Assembly: GCF_032854445.1 (NCBI RefSeq)
Contig: NC_088295.1
Coordinates: 28,692,498-28,756,497, forward strand
Reading direction: 5' to 3'
Length of the DNA stretch: 64,000 bases
DNA from: Liolophura sinensis
Lineage: Eukaryota
Position numbers and translations under genes: made by a program. This document shows, piece after piece, positions 50,071 to 62,640 of the stretch (its first letter is position 1; each line of letters starts with the position of its first letter). The notes beneath the pieces were generated by a model, which saw only the letters and a program-made list of their open reading frames with translations, was not told the DNA's origin and made no database searches.

Positions 50071-50264
50071 CGTTATGTGGAATTGCCACAGCCTTGCACA
50101 TTGGATAGAGAGAAACTGTTAGAGTTATATTACAGACATGTTATACCACTGCCTCAGCGTCAATACAAGCCCAACAGACGAGGCAGAGAGATGACAAAGA
50201 AACAAATTTTACTGGCCAAAAAGAGAAAGATCACATTTTCAAATGATGCTGAACCCATTGTAAA
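50071..50264 (+). CDS. C2orf49: ashwin exon 2 (RYVELPQPCTLDREKLLELYYRHVIPLPQRQYKPNRRGREMTKKQILLAKKRKITFSNDAEPIV)
   Basis: acceptor gccttttcag, donor AAA|GTAAGT; LYYRHVIPLPQRQYKPNRRGREMTKKQ matches ashwin [27 protein letters not shown]. Confidence 0.7.
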
Positions 50265-50958
50265 GTAAGTATAGCACAAAAGCACTATGGTATCACTGGC
50301 AGAGATAAATGTCAGATTACAAGTGAAATGGATGTACAACTAACAGCCCTACTGGCAGATTTATAGAGCTACGAAATTTGGATATGTCTTCAAGTGTTTT
50401 TTTTTAAATTGGACAGCTACTTAAATTTTAAGCTCGCCTTTAAAAATATGTATAAATGGTGACGAATACTGAAGTATTAGTTTCAATCGTTACTTAAATC
50501 AACAGATTTTACCACAATACAGTATTACATGTGGCAAACTTAAATCTTCTTTATAGAATGTTTTGGGTAGCACTGACATAACTTTTATTGTGAAGTATAC
50601 CACATCTCATAAGGTGCTATGAGGAAAATGATTCATGTTATATATGTGAAACAATCAAAAATTTGTTTTGTTCAGTTTCAACTGTGGGCGTGGAATTTGT
50701 AGATTCACCTAATAAAACTGAAATCTTACCATTTCACCATTTATACAGGCCTTGGTAACAGTAAGCAGGTGACTTTGCTTGTAGAGCCATCTCTCCAGGA
50801 GCTTGTTTCCTAGCATATAGTGTGCTGCTGGGAAATTTTGTCATTATCTTGCCAATGGATGGTGGTTTATATCACGCACTCCAATTTTCCAGCACCCCTA
50901 GATTCTTTTTTCTTAGAACAACAATCAGTCAATCAATTAAAGTTTGTTTTACTTTCAG

Positions 50959-51340
50959 AAAACGTTCCTTATCAAACACATCAGAGGATAAGCCTCTCCC
51001 TAGGTTTATGACATCAGCAAATGTCACCAGCAGTTCTTCAGAAAGGACAGAGCCACCAAAATCTATGATAAATTTTGATCGAAAGGTTATCAGGTTGAAC
51101 TCTGGCAAAGTAAGGTCATCAAGTATTGAATCAGGAAAACAGAGGATTACAGTTTCTAATACAGAATCTGAAAACAAGACAGTTACAGTGAAAAGTGTAG
51201 AATCTTGTAGAGATGTTAAAAATGAATCGTCTTCAAGGACTATTAAATTGGGTGAAGTCTGTTCAACAGTAGATAAATCAACGTCAGAAGGGAGGGAAGA
51301 GTCTCAAGGGTCAGCTGATGCTAAAGTGCAAAAACACAAG
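50959..51340 (+). CDS. C2orf49: ashwin exon 3 (Ser-rich: KRSLSNTSEDKPLPRFMTSANVTSSSSERTEPPKSM...SADAKVQKHK)
   Basis: acceptor ttttactttcag, donor AAG|GTATGT; phases join exon 2 and 4 in frame. Confidence 0.6.
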
Positions 51341-51624
51341 GTATGTCAGATGAAGAAAAAGAAATCTTGATTGAACTATTTCAGTTGTTATTGCATGGGT
51401 TAAGATTGGGAAAGGAGAGAATAGAATTAGTGTATAATGTCTCTAACTATTCAGGGGTTTTTGTTCTTATTTGAAGCTGGCTCCATTTAACCAGCTGAAA
51501 ATTCTCTGTCTCCTTAATATGTTGTTATTAGGGATAATATTTATTGAAATACTAGCATTCATATGCTTATGCGTCAGGAACAATCTCTTTTTGGGGCCCA
51601 TTTTGCCATGCAGGTTAACTAGTG

Positions 51625-51855
51625 CGACAAAATGACCCAGTAGTCTTTCACCAATGTGGTTACTGTAAGCTCAAGTCTAGCTCATGCTGGCTTCCTCTCC
51701 GGCTGTATGTGGGTATATCTCTCAACAGCCTGCAGATGGTTGTAGGTTTCCCCCGTGCTCTGCCTGGTTTCCTCCCACCATAATGCTGGCTTCCATCGTA
51801 TAGGTAAAATATTCTTGAATAAGGCGTAAAACACCAATCAAATAAATAAATAAAT
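51625..51855 (+). mobile_element. SINE family A copy (in ashwin intron 3)
   Basis: head, core and tail with (aaata)n. Confidence 0.6.
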
Positions 51856-52139
51856 CTCTCTCTTTTTTTAAAAAAAAAAAACAGGGATATATAAATATTA
51901 ATAAATGATGCATACAAATATATTTGTAACTATGTGTATCCAGAACTTCAACTTAAGGTTATAATAGAGCAATAGTATTTTTTTTTCTTTTATAGCAGTT
52001 CTTGGATATGTAATTGAATAGTTTCTGATTTTTAATTGTCATGTTTTAGCTTGTTGATTTGTCTGCTTGTGAGCTGTGGAAGTATCGAACACTATCCAAA
52101 TTTTAATTCTTTTTGTGTTTTCTCTTTGTAATGTTGCAG

Positions 52140-52199
52140 ATGGAAGAAGAATCAGGAAACTCACCAAAGAAGAAATTTAAGAGGATATCTTGGCCTTGA
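52140..52199 (+). CDS. C2orf49: ashwin exon 4 (MEEESGNSPKKKFKRISWP*)
   Basis: acceptor gtaatgttgcag; C-terminal ...RISWP stop matches ashwin C-terminus ...HVTWP. Confidence 0.6.
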   Translation: MEEESGNSPKKKFKRISWP

Positions 52200-53254
52200 A
52201 CCATTTTACAGATATTTATTAACTTAAAAGAATTGTCTGCTAGACTTACAAATTTCTTTTCCATGCTCATGTTTATTCTGTCTGAAGGCACAGATAGTTA
52301 AAAATGGACCCTGAGTATTATTTTGTCAGAATGGGACTTGGTACCAGTATATACATGTATAAAGATTCAGGATTTCCCTATTTCTTCTAATTTTTGGGAC
52401 AAATATTAGTAGTGCTGAAAGCAGAATATTACATTTCTTTCCCAGCATTTTGGAAAAGTTAAGATATGAGTATGTTGTTCATTAGATGGCCTAACCATGT
52501 GAGAAGAAAGAAACTAAATGTTCCTGCTACAATTACATGTATATTGGCTGAAAACAGCAGACAAGGTGTCCCAAAAAAGAGAAGAAATAGGGTATAAACA
52601 AGTTAAAACCCAGATAAAGTGCAGGGAATTTTAAGTAGAAATTATAATGAGTCGAATTTTATGAAGTCTGGGGCAGACTTCTGGCCTGTACCAACTGAAT
52701 ATGGAGTTTTCTAAAGGTATGTCATTATGACAACAGTATAATACCAGTGTAAACTAGCGTCGCCGGTTTGTCGTGGGCTACTGGCCAGTCTTTAAACATG
52801 TTAAACATGAAGTGGTCATGTTTAGATAATTTGTTTGGTGTTTTATGTGGTACTCAAGAATATTTCACTTATATGACAGCAGCCAGCATTATGGTGGGAA
52901 ACTAGATAATTTGAATGATCAGTCATTGGCTTCTCAAAATTAGATGTTGGTTTAGAATACAGACACTTATTCTTGTGAAGGACTCTGGAGTGTTTGTGAA
53001 TGTCTCTGGGGTATTTCCAAACCTTTCGGGCTAACAAACCTGTTTATCCATTTTAACCTGTTGTTGTAAAGAACAGTGTTTTGTGCTTAATTTCAAGTAT
53101 GCTCGGTATTTAACACCAGGAGCTCCAATGTTCTTGTGTATTGCTCAAAATATCAATTCATGCTCATGTATCCCATGTTTTTTGTTGTGGCTGTTGCACA
53201 TGGATTAAGTGCTGTATTAGAACAGCTGCATGATTTTATTTTTAACTGTGTTCA

Positions 53255-53400
53255 AGCTCATGCTGGCTTCCTCTCCACTTGTACTTAGAAAGGTCAGCCA
53301 GCAACCTGCTGATGATCGTGGGTTTTCCGAACACTGTACTCCCCCATTATGCTGGCCGTCGGGGTATAAGTGAAATATTTTTGAGTATGGCGAAAAAAGT
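53255..53400 (+). mobile_element. SINE family A, partial
   Basis: core and tail. Confidence 0.45.
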
Positions 53401-54658
53401 CAATGAAATTTAATAAAAGAAATTTTTTTAATGATTATTATTTCTTTGAATGTACATGTAAATCATTGGTGTGCTAGTTGGTTTTATTGCGGTTATAAAT
53501 TGCTGTTATTTGTCACAATTTAAGAGCTGCAGGAGTTCAGGTTTTCACTGATAATTATTCCCTTGTGTATTAATAATCTGTGCAATTACATGTACACTTG
53601 CGGTATACTGCTGTTAGAAATGGCTATGAGCATTTTTCACAATTCAAGCATTCTTTTATCAAAAAATTAGAGCATCTGATGCTTTAAGTCTGTTGGAAAT
53701 CATTATGCCAGTATTTATTTTTTTGTAATACATTCGAAATTAAGCTTCACTCTAACTGCAGTAAAGTTCATGTGTAGCAACAACATTGGATGGTATCACG
53801 CCAGTCATTGATTTTCTCATGGATAGAGGTACAGACAGAGGTACAGACAAGCATTATACATGTAGCTCCATGATACATGCTGATAGCATTGGCACTGGTG
53901 ATTTTTATGAAGGTGCACGTACCAACATATATAACGTGTATATATATATATATCTTATGCATCGAAGATGAAAAGTTATGCAATAAAATGTTTGTAGTGC
54001 AGCATTGTTGTGTGACAATTATTTAGCCAGTTTCTAGTCATTCAAAATGTGAACATGGCTAATGAATGGGTTTTAACTTAGAATTTCATTTTACTCCCTG
54101 ACTGTTTCATACTTATGATAGGTGTTTAATGCCATGAATTCTTGCATAAATCTGAGCTAATGTCTAAGGCTTATATTTATTAAGCAACTTAAGACTGAAG
54201 CCATGAATTGCAAGTGTGCTTAAAATGCCAAGTGTAAAACAGGAAAGAGCTCAAATTGTAGTTGGTGTATTTCTCCACAGTAATGAGGGTGTACATATTA
54301 CAGGCTTCTTAGGGCAAAACATTTTAATTGTAACTGTGTTTGTTTACTGACTTAAATCTTAAGACTAGTGGTAGTCATGGGCCCTGGGTCTGGTTCCATA
54401 AAGTAGTTTAACCTTTAAAAATTGTAATCCAAATTAAACTTTACACATATACATCAAACTGGTATGCTTTAAACCACTGTGATAGGTCAGTTTCAGCCAA
54501 GTTGAGGTTCACGTGTTAAGTTTCAAATAGTTTACTTTATAAAGGAGGTTACAAGGTTTGGACTTTAGCAGAGCTGTTTGAACCAGTTCTTGTGGTGTTT
54601 ATCATTAAGAGTTTCCTTCAGCTCAGAATTTGTTGTTATTTATCTTAAACTGGTACCG

Positions 54659-54800
54659 GCCCGGATAGCACAGTTGGTAGAGCGTCCGCTTCAGGACCAG
54701 TAGATCAAGGATCAGTCCTTGATCGAGTCACACCTAAGACTTTAAAACAGGAAGTTGAGTGAATCAAGTGACACTGTGTTTCTGGTTGCTCTCACATGGC
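54659..54800 (+). mobile_element. SINE family B 5' head fragment (tRNA-like GGCCCGGATAGCACAGTTGGTAGAGCGTCCGCTTCAGG...)
   Basis: A-box-like TAGCACAGTTGG but no canonical T-arm or B box, so not a functional tRNA. Confidence 0.4.
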
Positions 54801-55574
54801 CTAACAAAAATTCCTGATTAAAAGTTGATTTCTGCGGTTAGCACGCACATCACAAAAACAAATTTCTGTGGCCATTTAAGCCTGTTTTCACCACTCTCCC
54901 TAAATAGATAGGTTGAACGACAATGACTTTCCCAAAAATTTCCTACATGTGCACCATTTCCCCCCACATTGTAGTCACCATGTTAGGGTACAGTCTGATC
55001 ATAACAACCCAAGGTGGTTCAAGATATATACATGCAAGAAACGAGTGTGTGCACTGTACATGTATAACAACAGCTCAAACTGTATCATAAAGAGTCTAAT
55101 CACCAGGCTGAGCAATTTTAACATTTAGACAAGAAATGAAACATTATAATACACATACCTCTGGTGCTTGGTCAGTTGACATTACTATGAGCTCAGGCTT
55201 GCAAGAACCTGTTGAACCATCTTGGACATTGAGGTAAGAAAGGGTAATAGTTGCAGGTTTATCAACATAGCCCTGGGGGTGAGGGGCACCTGTGTGGGCC
55301 ACATGGTCAGAGGTTTGGGGTTAAGCACTTCATACCTGCCATACCAAAGTTGTCCACTGTTACCTCTGTTCTGGGACACCTGTGTATATAGTACCAACAT
55401 AATCAGCTTAACATAAATACCAGAACAAATAATTTGTAGCTAGCACTAGGCAGGGGAAGCAATTAATATAACAATAACCTACTAAGCTGTTCTTATGCTA
55501 CAAGGTGTGAGTCAGGGAAAGGTTATATATTCTTCACCTCCCCTCACAATGTTTTGGTTACATACTTTCTCTGA

Positions 55575-55935
55575 AGCTTGCTGAGCCTCCATTTCAGGGG
55601 CAGTAGATCAGGGGCAATCCTGACTTGGGTCACACCTTAGACCTTAAAAGAGGAAGTTCTAGCTTCCTCGCTTGGCGTTCAGCATGAAGGGGATAGTGCA
55701 ACGACTGGTTGACCCGTATCAGTATAATGGCTCGAGCGGGGCGGCTTACTTGCCTTCAGTAAGTCGTCTGAGTGAAGCAGCACTAAATAAAAGAGCGGTG
55801 GAAATCTGTCCTGCAACAAGGAGGCACATTACATGTACATGCACGCTAAGGATTCCTTCGTCGTCATATGACTGAAAAATTGTTGAGTACGACGTTAAAC
55901 ACCAAGCACTCAATCACTTACTCTTAGACTGGCAC
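55575..55935 (+). mobile_element. SINE family B copy; tail ends in (CACT)n-like caatcacttactc
   Basis: same body as 7181-7545; ORF 55672..55875 is inside it. Confidence 0.6.
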
Positions 55936-56039
55936 TGACTTTGACACCTTAGACTAGTCTGTTCTGAGTGTGAGGGATAGATCATCTTGTGAAGACCTGG
56001 TTACACTGGACTTAATCACCGTAAGTACATCAGGAAAAT

Positions 56040-56270
56040 GTGGCCAGCACACTGAAATGACCCAGCGAGCAATGCGGTCACTGTGAGTTTGAGGGCAGCT
56101 CATGCTGGCTTCCTCTCCGGCCTTATGTGGGAAGGTCTACCGGCAATCTGCAGATGATCCTGGGTTTCCCCAGGCTGGTCTTGGTTTCCTCCCACCACAA
56201 TGCTGGTTGTTGTCGTATAAGTGAAATATTCTTGAATATGGCATAAAATATCAGTCAAATAAATAAATAC
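56040..56270 (+). mobile_element. SINE family A copy
   Basis: head, core and tail. Confidence 0.6.
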
Positions 56271-56379
56271 ATCAGGGAAACGGGACGCTGAGTATGGCCT
56301 TGGAGTAGTCTCTATGTCACCTGCTATGCTAATACAAAAAGACACCACTTTGTATTGTAGATATGACAACCAGTGTAAA

Positions 56380-56900
56380 TGGACCTTTATCCAAGAGATC
56401 TCTGAAACCTGGAGTTGTAAGGAAACCCAGGGGAGAGGCAAGAAAACTTAGAGGAATCACCAAACCTGGTGGTGAGGACATGTGAAGACATAGGGAAACC
56501 TGGAGAGATGTGGGCAAACCTGGAGAGGTGTGAGGAAACCTGAAAGTGTAAGCAAACCCTGAGAAATGTAAGCAATTCTGGTTGTAAGAAAACCCAGGGG
56601 AGATGCAAACAGACCTGGAGGTGAGGAAACCTACAGAAGCATCAGCAAACCCTGATGTGAGGAAATGTGGAGGCTTAAGGAAACCTGGAGCGATGCAAGC
56701 AACCCTGGTTAGGTGTAAGGAGACATGGAGGCATAAATAAACAAAGGGAGCTGCCTGCAAACTTGGAGAAGTGTGAGAAAAAGCGGTGCTGGGGGGTAAA
56801 CCAGGAGGTGTAAGAAACCTGGAGTTTGAGGAAACGTGGAGGCATGTACGGAAACCTGGAGAAGTCTGATGAAACTAGTTGAGGATAGAAACCATGCTGG
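56380..56900. repeat. degenerate minisatellite of GGAAACCTGGAG-like units (~18-30 bp periodicity)
   Basis: recurring gaggaaacctg / caaaccctg motifs; minus-strand ORFs 56329..56917 are artefacts. Confidence 0.55.
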
Positions 56901-57308
56901 AACTGACATGACTGCATGAATTCATGAGGCAGAGTATAAACAAAAATATATCTGACACCAACAATCCATGGAGAGAGGAGACCTCCACTTTCTGTTCATG
57001 CTTGCTATCTTAAATAAATACAAAAATGTAAATACAAAACAGACAATTCCATTTCCTTACATTTGCATAAAAAATTTATTACAATGTACTAATCAAAAGT
57101 ATAAATAATCAAACTCCTGACTGGTTCCATACCAGTGATACTTACTACAAACACATGTTAAACAACCATTACCAGATTTTTGGCAACATTTGAGTTACAT
57201 GCAATACTTAAATATCACAAGGTACAACACTGCTGAAACCCATCACAGCTTACAAAATTTATGCAGTGCCTGTTAAGTTAACATTTTAAAGACAGTTCCA
57301 TTGTATGA

Positions 57309-59208
57309 TTAGTCTACCTCCTCTACAGTGGGGCCTTGTCCTGAAGTACCACTGGTGTTCCCTGATTGTGAGTTGCCATGTAACTTTGACATGATTGGGG
57401 AGCAAACATCCTGCACCTCCTTCAGCTTGTGATCTAATTCATCCTTCTCAGCCAGTGAATTACTGTCCATCCACCTGAGTGCTTCGTCACATGTGGTCAC
57501 CACAGTGTTTTTGTCATTCTCTGGCAGTTTGCTGCCCTGCTCACTGACTACCTGTTTAATACTGAAGATGTAGCCCTCCAGTTTATTTTTGGCTGCCACA
57601 CGTTCTCTATGCTGAGCATCATCATCTTTGTATTTCTCTGCCTCAGCCAACATTCTCTCAATGTCAGCTTTACTCAGTCTACCCTTGTCATTTGTGATGG
57701 TGATTTTGCTGTTTTTCCCTGTGCTTTTATCCTCTGCTGATACATTCAGGATTCCATTTGCGTCAATGTCAAATGTCACCTCGATCTGGGGCACACCTCT
57801 TGGTGCAGGTGGGATGCCATTCAGTTCAAATGTGCCCAGTTTGTTGTTGTCCTTGGTCATCGCTCTCTCCCCCTCATACACCTGGATTGTAACACCTGGC
57901 TGGTTATCAGCATACGTGGTGAAGGTTTTGGAGGTTTTCATTGGGATTCTTGTATTCCTGTCAATCAAGTTGGTCATCACACCTCCAGCTGTCTCAATTC
58001 CCAAAGAGAGGGGAGCCACATCCACCAGTAGGACATCCTTAATCACCTCGCTCTGCTCTCCAGTCAAGATGGCAGCCTGAACTGCAGCACCATAGGCCAC
58101 AGCCTCGTCAGGGTTGATCGACTTGTTCAGTTCTTTCCCATTCATAAAGTCGTGTAATAGTTTCTGGATTTTAGGAATTCTGGTAGAGCCTCCGACTAAG
58201 ACAATTTCATGGATCTTGGACTTGTCCATCTTAGCATCTCTCAAGGCCTTCTCCACAGGTTCCAGGGTCCCCCTGAAGAGATCTGAACACAAGTCCTCAA
58301 ACCTTGCCCGTGTGACTTTGGTGTAGAAGTCAATGCCCTCAAACAGAGCATCGATCTCAATGTTGGCATCAGAACTGCTGGACAGCGTTCTCTTGGCTCG
58401 CTCACAGGCTGTGCGGAGGCGACGAATGGCACGTTTATTTCCACTGATATCTTTGTGGTGTTTTCTCTTGAACTCTTGAACGAAATGGTTGACGAGTCTG
58501 TTATCAAAATCTTCTCCACCCAGGTGAGTGTCTCCTGCAGTGGAGCGAACTTCAAACATGGATCCTTCATCTATTGTGAGGATAGACACATCAAATGTGC
58601 CACCTCCCAAGTCAAAGATGAGCACATTTTTCTCACCTTTAAGGTTTTTGTCCAGTCCGTAAGCCAGAGCAGCAGCTGTAGGCTCATTGATAATCCTGAG
58701 AACATTTAGGCCGGCAATTGCTCCAGCATCTTTGGTGGCCTGTCTCTGTGAGTCATTGAAGTAGGCAGGAACCGTTATCACTGCATCCTTGACTTTCTGC
58801 CCCAGGTAAGCTTCAGCTGTCTCCTTCATTTTGGTGAGAACCATGGAACTGATTTCCTCAGGTGCAAATGTCTTTTCTTCTCCCTTGTACTCGACCTGGC
58901 TTGCCGTTATGGTTCACCACAGTGAAAGGCCAGTGTTTTTTGTCAGCCTGTACCAATGGATCGTTGAAATCTCGGCCAATTAACCGCTTGGCGTCAAACA
59001 CAGTGTTTTTGGGGTTGAGAGCCACCTGGTTTTTGGCCGCATCGCCAATCAGTCTCTCACTGTCTGTGAATGCCACATAGCTGGGTGTTGTTCGGTTTCC
59101 CTGTTCATTGGCGATGATTTCGACTTTCCCATGCTGGAACACTCCAACACAGGAATATGTCGTTCCCAGATCTATGCCAATCGCTGTAGATTTTGTACCT
59201 GCTGGCAT
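57309..59208 (-). CDS. HSP70: HSP70 (cytosolic Hsp70, C-terminal EEVD), intronless, copy 1. The frame is interrupted by an apparent 1-bp insertion near 58895 (CCAGGTC), so it is a possible pseudogene or a sequence error.
   Basis: N-terminal [49 protein letters not shown]... runs in one frame to NHNGKPG. It then shifts +1 into [32 protein letters not shown]...GPTVEEVD (ORFs 58858..59250 and 57309..58844). TATA and HSE lie upstream. Confidence 0.85.
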
Positions 59209-59367
59209 CTTCTCTGTCGTTGTGTTAACCTTACAGTTGTTGTTGCACACAGTAGAAAAATCGCTGCAGTCGGCGAATAATAGTATTGAACTACGGTGGT
59301 TCGTCTCTCTTCAGATATGTCTCTGATCGTTTGTGTCTCTTATTCTGACCCGCTACTTCGCCGTGAG

Positions 59368-59382
59368 CCATATTTATATGTG
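59368..59382 (-). promoter_or_regulatory. TATA box (cataTAAATAtgg on minus strand) of HSP70 copy 1, about 165 bp upstream of ATG
   Basis: TATAAATA on the gene strand, positioned 3' of the HSE. Confidence 0.5.
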
Positions 59383-59387
59383 TTGAG

Positions 59388-59406
59388 GTAATTTCCAGAA
59401 AGTTTG
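59388..59406 (-). promoter_or_regulatory. Heat shock element (tTTCtgGAAatTAC; inverted nGAAn/nTTCn pentamers) just upstream of the HSP70 TATA box
   Basis: TTCnnGAAnnTaC about 10-15 bp upstream of TATA. Confidence 0.5.
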
Positions 59407-59497
59407 AGGACGAACCAGACGTACGCGTCGATCGTTACAAGGATTATTTACACCACGTGTGGCCCCATTAGGTCATCGGCCTATCGGGTAAGGTCGG

Positions 59498-59514
59498 TTA
59501 GAAGCTTCCTGACA
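59498..59514 (-). promoter_or_regulatory. second HSE-like site (aGAAgcTTCctGAC) about 290 bp upstream of HSP70 ATG
   Basis: GAAnnTTCnnGAc; the surrounding ~100 bp is duplicated at 59630-59730 without the motif. Confidence 0.3.
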
Positions 59515-60289
59515 AGGACGAGCTATGATAAGCAGACACGCTCTGTTTGTAGTTCGCCAAGACACAATGTTGTGTAGTCCTCGCCAATCAGAATCTTGGT
59601 CTAAACTGTACATAGATAGTATAGATTGTTTACACCACGTACTGTCCCAGTTTGTAGCAATGTCCGATCGGGTAAGGTCGGTTAGAAACTGCCGGAAAAG
59701 CACGAGCTCTAATAATAAACAGATTGGCCCTATATTTGGACACTTCAAAGTGAACAGCATGCTGACTATGAAAAAGACCAACAGTGTTTTTTGGCGTGTT
59801 ATTAAATCTAGTGCATGGCTCATTTCACTGTTGGAGAAAGTTCTCTGCATTTCATAAATTCTGTCTGCTAATAAGTTAAGCAAGTGCACATGTACATGTA
59901 ACTGCAAAAATAACCACATGCACAAATCTGTATCACAATTTAGGCTTTCATGCTAACAGACGTTTTCCATTTCTTTGGAGTACCGGTACAGCTAATGCTG
60001 GTAAAGTGAATACGACGATATTGAATCTATAAAGTTGGCTAATTGTCTGTTGAGTAAATTTATAAGTATATTCAACATTATTCATCTCAGATTCCAGACA
60101 GCTAGAATATGTGACATTTTTCTAAAATGCATTTCACTTGAAACCTTGCTGGCCGAAGAATAGCCTGAAGGACATAAAGTACAAATCTGACCCATTCCAA
60201 AGGTAGTGCTTTACTCTGATGTTGACTGTTGGTGTCACAGGATAAAATGTCATCTAGGCAATATATATAGTGGGTGTCATATATAACTG

Positions 60290-60740
60290 GAGGTTATATC
60301 AGTGCCATTCATTTGACATCCTAGGGTAGCATTGGTAATTCCCACTGTGTGGTGTGGTGTGGTGTAGGGTGTAATGCATTGCATCTGATATCACTGTCAG
60401 TATGGTACCACTGCCATTACATCTAATATCAGTTCTATTCATCTGACATCAGTGTCATTCCACCCCTGACATTTCTAGAGTGACATTGGTGCCTACAGTG
60501 TGGTAATCACGTGATATCACTAGCATTCCACATGATATCAATATCTTTTCATGTAATACCACTGTATTTCCATTGCTATCGGTGTCATTCCACATTTATC
60601 TTTTCTAGGGTGTGGTAAATACATGTGATATCACTAGCATTCCACATGATATCAATGTCATTTCATGTAAAACCACTGTCTTTCCATGGATATCAGTGTC
60701 ATTCCACATTTGTCATTTCTAGAGTGGCGTTTATTCCTGT
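60290..60740. repeat. ~118-bp tandem repeat, 3-4 copies (..ATATCACTAGCATTCCACATGATATCAATGTCATTTCATGTAAAACCACTGTCTTTCCATGGATATCAGTGTCATTCCACATTTGTCATTTCTAGAG) between the HSP70 copies
   Basis: two well-conserved units at 60481-60730, more diverged units upstream. Confidence 0.7.
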
Positions 60741-60759
60741 AGTAAGGTAGAATGACAGG

Positions 60760-61065
60760 TGGTTTATTTATTTATGTATTTATTTGATTGGTGTTTTACA
60801 CCATACTGAAGAATATTTCACTTGTATGACGGCGGCCAGCATTATGGTATGGCGAAACCAGACAGAGCCCGGAGGGAAACCTACGATCATCTGCAGGTTG
60901 CTGCAGACCCCCATCCCACTTACAGCTGGAGAGGAAGTAAACAAGGGCCGAAGAGGAAGTAAACAAGGGCTGGATTTGAACTCACAGCAAGTGCATTGGT
61001 GGGAGACCCCTGGGTCATGGCGCTGCACTGGCGTGCTAAACCCATCAACCAAAAGGCCCTTGAAT
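60760..61065 (-). mobile_element. SINE family A, full copy (between the two HSP70 genes)
   Basis: tail (ttta)n, core gccagcattatggtatgg, tRNA-like head; ORFs 60780..61134 are artefacts. Confidence 0.7.
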
Positions 61066-61189
61066 GTCACGTGGTGTCTGTATGTGTGTTGCTCATGTGA
61101 TACCTCTGCCAATTGTTTTCCTATAGAGAGGTGACATATTTGACATTTTTACCACTGTAAATACAAATAACAAATGTACCTCTAAATAC

Positions 61190-61350
61190 ATTTATTTGAT
61201 TGTGGCTTTTTTAATGGTATCTTCAAGAATTTTTCAGTTCTGAGTTTTCCAACCTGTGGATGGCCGTGGGTTTTCCTCCCACCACAATGCTGGCTGCCAT
61301 TATATAAATGAAATATTCTTGAGTAAGGTGTAAAACACCGATCAAATAAA
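61190..61350 (+). mobile_element. SINE family A, partial or rearranged
   Basis: core ccaccacaatgctggctgcc plus tail. Confidence 0.4.
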
Positions 61351-62555
61351 TAAATAAAAACATCTATGTTTGGTGTATGCTGAGCAACCATCCAAAAACA
61401 AAAAAAAAGTCCCATGCTGAAGATCTTTTTTTCTGATAGAAACTCCTTTTTTGTTTCTCAATGTTGAGTTATTTACAGCTTTTCATTTTCTAGTAGCCAG
61501 AATAAAAAAATTCCCTATTGACTGGACCTATTTTTTGATAAGGTCAGATTACACCCAACAAAGAATTTTTTAAGGATGGCTTGTTGAGCAGAGGAAACAG
61601 GAATGCCACGATTAAGTCTCCAGGATAAATCAATGATCTTTGGCAAATTTCTAACGAAAATTATTTAAAAACTTTCCCACACATGAAGTGAACATGTACA
61701 CCACATTGCTGGAAACACATTGTCTTCAGCGAACATTAGATTCCACAGAACAGACACTACAGTGGTGAGGAACTCCATGTCCCAGGCTGGGTTTGAACCC
61801 ACAACTTGAGACCACTATGTCTGGCCCCTATATCATCAAGCAATCTTCCACTTAAAGTCAAAATTTCAAATCACTATAAAATTGTTATTTCTTATGTAAC
61901 AAGGGCAAAACATTGCTTGATAGCATAAATTCTGGGCAAGTTATACAACAAATTTCAACTAAAATAACAGAAAGGAAGATACCCAGTTTAATGATTGAAA
62001 TTTTGACTTCAGTCTGTAATTGCTTTGTTATCCTGGAGTGACGTACTTCAAAATGATTAATAAGCCAATCAGTGTCAATTCTGTATCCACATAACTAAAA
62101 GCTAACAAACAAAACCCTAATCATGCACTATGTTTACAAAGATACTCCTTTCCAGCAGCGATATTTTTGATTTGTAATCACTTCTGGCCGACAGGAAGCG
62201 TTCTTCACTGTAACATTATACAGGTTTTGGTAACTGGAGAAAGTTTTGGAAACCTGGAGAGATCTGAGTAAACTTAAGGAATATTGTTTGACTGGGGGTT
62301 ATCACATCAGCAATATTTTGGTCATGTAACCTTCTAGCATATTGCATCCAGTGTGAAGATATGTATAGTACTGCCTCCCTGGAGCACAATGCTGAAGAGA
62401 CATGATTCCGCACCCAGTCCCATTATACAAACACTCAGCCGACCAGTACTTGATCACCCGACTTAGCAAGGTAGTACCAACATTACCAATGTATAAGTCT
62501 TAAGTTTTAGGAGGCATACACTGTATTCACTGCACCACTTCAGCCAGTCATAATG

Positions 62556-62640
62556 AAGGAGTGAGTGAGTGAGTGCTTGAGGTTTAACGTCGTACTTAAC
62601 AATTTTTCAGTCTTATGACAACGAATAATGAAGGAAACCA
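62556..62640 (-). mobile_element. SINE family B tail fragment (reverse orientation)
   Basis: reverse complement of TGACTGAAAAATTGTTAAGTACGACGTTAAAC...CACTCACTCACTC. Confidence 0.35.

Noticed and set aside
57628-58080. 150-aa ORFs antisense to both HSP70 copies (57628..58080 + and 63356..63808 +)
   Set aside because: They overlap the strongly supported HSP70 CDS. They have low-complexity Leu/Ser composition with no homology. They are typical antisense artefacts in a conserved coding region.
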